A stretch of DNA of 42,231 nucleotides from a virus, in IMG/VR virus record IMGVR_UViG_3300037419_000866, positions 1 to 42,231 of that record; one strand, given 5' to 3'. The position numbers and the translations under genes were made by a program. Under the pieces are notes generated by a model that was not told where the DNA came from, did not search any database, and saw only the letters and a list, made by a program, of their open reading frames with translations. This document shows, piece by piece, positions 40,942 to 42,231 of the stretch. Position 1 is the first letter of the stretch. Every line of letters begins with the position of its first letter.

Positions 40942-41414
40942 GCATCCTCCTCAGTTTGGTTGTCGAGCGGGCAATGCCGTCCCGTGGCGCGCGGCTCTCC
41001 GTCGCGCTGTTGCGGGCATTGGGCGTGGCTGCATTCGCCGTCACGGCTGGCGGCGCAGCGCATGAGAGGCGGGCTATACGTAATCATTAGGTCCTCCGCC
41101 CTCTCTGCAAATTGAACGCTGATAGCAGTCGGACTGATAGCCTGCACGCTGACAATATCCCGGTTCCCGCTCCACATTGTCATTGGCGCCAGATTCGGCC
41201 CGAACGAGATGACGTCGTGGTCTTCGTCCGGTTGCGGCGTGTACGTACTCCGGACACTTCGCGAAAGCGGGCTTTCCGCCAGCAGCATGGAGATGGCTTG
41301 CAGTTGCAAGCTCGTGAACGTGCCGTCGAGTTGCGCGCGCCGACCCTCGAAGTCCATTTCGCACCAGCCGACATTCATCGTGTCGAGAATTTTCTCTGCT
41401 TCGTCGTACGTCAT
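40938..41414 (-). CDS. Hypothetical early protein (158 aa)
   Basis: Track ORF with ATGA overlaps at both ends. Confidence 0.65.
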   Translation of the reverse strand: MTYDEAEKILDTMNVGWCEMDFEGRRAQLDGTFTSLQLQAISMLLAESPLSRSVRSTYTPQPDEDHDVISFGPNLAPMTMWSGNRDIVSVQAISPTAISVQFAERAEDLMITYSPPLMRCAASRDGECSHAQCPQQRDGEPRATGRHCPLDNQTEEDA

Positions 41415-41827
41415 TTCGTATCTCCGTTGTTGTGAGATGCCGCCTGGGCTGCGCGGTCGTCAACCAATACAATTTCGCTCGGGTGCACGTTGAGCGTCGC
41501 GCCAGCCCATTTGCCGGTGTCGAACAGGACATCGAAATTCGCGCTGCTGTTATGGCCTACGATCCAGCCGAAATTGCCGTTGACCGTCACGCGCTGGCCG
41601 CACTTGACGTCCGGCATGCCGCGATACTTGGCATTCCGCACGAACGCTTCGGTCGTTCGCGGGCCGCCTACCTTGCGCACACGGATGTCGATGAATCGAA
41701 CGTCGGGCCATGGGTCGGAAGCGTCGCGGAAATACTCGTGCTTGGCCTTGCCTGCTGTCGTGCTGTTGATGACGGTCGGCCCCCACGGCGCATCTTTTAC
41801 ACTGCATTCGAAGGCGAAGATGCTCAT
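41411..41827 (-). CDS. Hypothetical early protein (138 aa)
   Basis: The start was moved to MSIFAFECSVKDAPWG, which has an ATGA overlap with the upstream stop at 41824-41827. The longer track version has an Arg-rich, shadow-like N-terminus. Confidence 0.65.
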   Translation of the reverse strand: MSIFAFECSVKDAPWGPTVINSTTAGKAKHEYFRDASDPWPDVRFIDIRVRKVGGPRTTEAFVRNAKYRGMPDVKCGQRVTVNGNFGWIVGHNSSANFDVLFDTGKWAGATLNVHPSEIVLVDDRAAQAASHNNGDTK

Positions 41828-42231
41828 GCTCCCCCCTGCGTCTTGGATTGGGACATAGCGGCGAGATCGCTCGCGCAGAACGCACACATCGCCGGGCCAC
41901 CGCAACGGGCTTTCAGACCGTTGGCGTTCGGATAGACATGACCATGGCCGCAGTCCTGCGGCTTCGCATCCTGCTCGGAGTGCGCAGCAGGGGCAGGAGC
42001 GGCGAGCATCGAGACGAAATGCTCGAACTGCGGCACGGTGAAGACCATCTTTCCGTGGTAGTCGGTATCTGCGCCGCATCGACGAAGGGCATCCTTCACA
42101 GATACGGCAGGCGCTCTGGCCTGCTGGGCGACGTATGGAACGTACCAGACGCCTTCGTGCAGGATTGCGGTGCTCGGATTAGGTGGCGCGTCTTGCGCAC
42201 CTGCGCGACCCGGCACATGCGGCCAGTTCGT
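41824..42231 (-). CDS. Ead/Ea22-like protein, 3' part (continuation of the ORF that starts at 1138; 42105-42231 duplicates 1-127)
   Basis: It is in the same frame across the circular junction. The C-terminus carries a Cys/His cluster, DCGHGHVYPNANGLKARCGGPAMCAFC. Confidence 0.8.
   Translation of the reverse strand, partial: TNWPHVPGRAGAQDAPPNPSTAILHEGVWYVPYVAQQARAPAVSVKDALRRCGADTDYHGKMVFTVPQFEHFVSMLAAPAPAAHSEQDAKPQDCGHGHVYPNANGLKARCGGPAMCAFCASDLAAMSQSKTQGGA
42105..42231. repeat. Terminal overlap, copy 2 (identical to 1-127)
   Basis: Exact 127-nt identity with the window start. Confidence 0.95.

Larger units (their letters stand above)
1..42231. mobile_element. Complete temperate phage genome (lambdoid regulation, P22-like podovirus virion module), circularly closed; unique length 42104 bp
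   Basis: Contains int/xis/attP, an immunity region, replication, terminase-portal-scaffold-coat-tailspike and lysis modules. The two window ends are identical over 127 nt and one ORF reads in frame across the junction. Confidence 0.9.

Noticed and set aside
1-42231. Search for a diversity-generating retroelement, reverse transcriptase, tRNA genes, CRISPR repeats, transposases or toxin-antitoxin pairs
   Set aside because: No RT motifs (YxDD context), no tRNA-like T-arm sequences, no regularly spaced repeats and no transposase-like ORFs were seen. The Ig-like repeats at 24533-25483 are ordinary coding domain repeats with no template/variable repeat pair.

Overview
The window is a complete, circularly closed temperate phage genome. 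Bases 1-127 are identical to 42105-42231, so the unique length is 42104 bp. It is GC-rich and its SOS boxes are CTGT-N8-ACAG, which suggests a beta- or gammaproteobacterial host; Burkholderia-like is inference only. The layout is lambdoid. A leftward early operon runs from a PL-like promoter near 6300 through small ORFs, an annealing-protein/exonuclease recombination pair, DUF1367-, DUF551- and Ead/Ea22-like genes (the last wraps around the window ends) and a Lar-like ORF to xis, int and attP (38.9-40.4 kb). An immunity region lies at 6.3-7.7 kb, with a short XRE-type repressor, a Cro-like gene and six copies of a 14-bp palindromic operator. A rightward operon carries the replication genes (initiator with internal iterons, DnaB), a nin-like region (NinG) and a P22-like podovirus morphogenesis module: small and PBSX-type large terminase, P22-type portal, scaffold, P22-type coat, gp4-like and gp10-like adaptors, ejection proteins and a beta-helix tailspike. 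A holin / GH73 endolysin / Rz / embedded Rz1 cassette follows. I saw no tRNA, rRNA, CRISPR array, transposase or reverse transcriptase. The items most worth a second look are: (1) a TGT/DpdA-like ORF coupled to an 82-aa QueF-like ORF, next to a miniature C5-methyltransferase-like ORF, possibly a DNA-modification module; (2) two perfect LexA boxes combined with a repressor that has no autocleavage domain, suggesting antirepressor-type induction; (3) an 888-aa esterase / Ig-repeat / lectin-like virion protein directly after the coat gene; (4) a winged-helix paralog family in the late-regulator slot. All homology calls rest on motif recognition by eye and from memory, not on searches.
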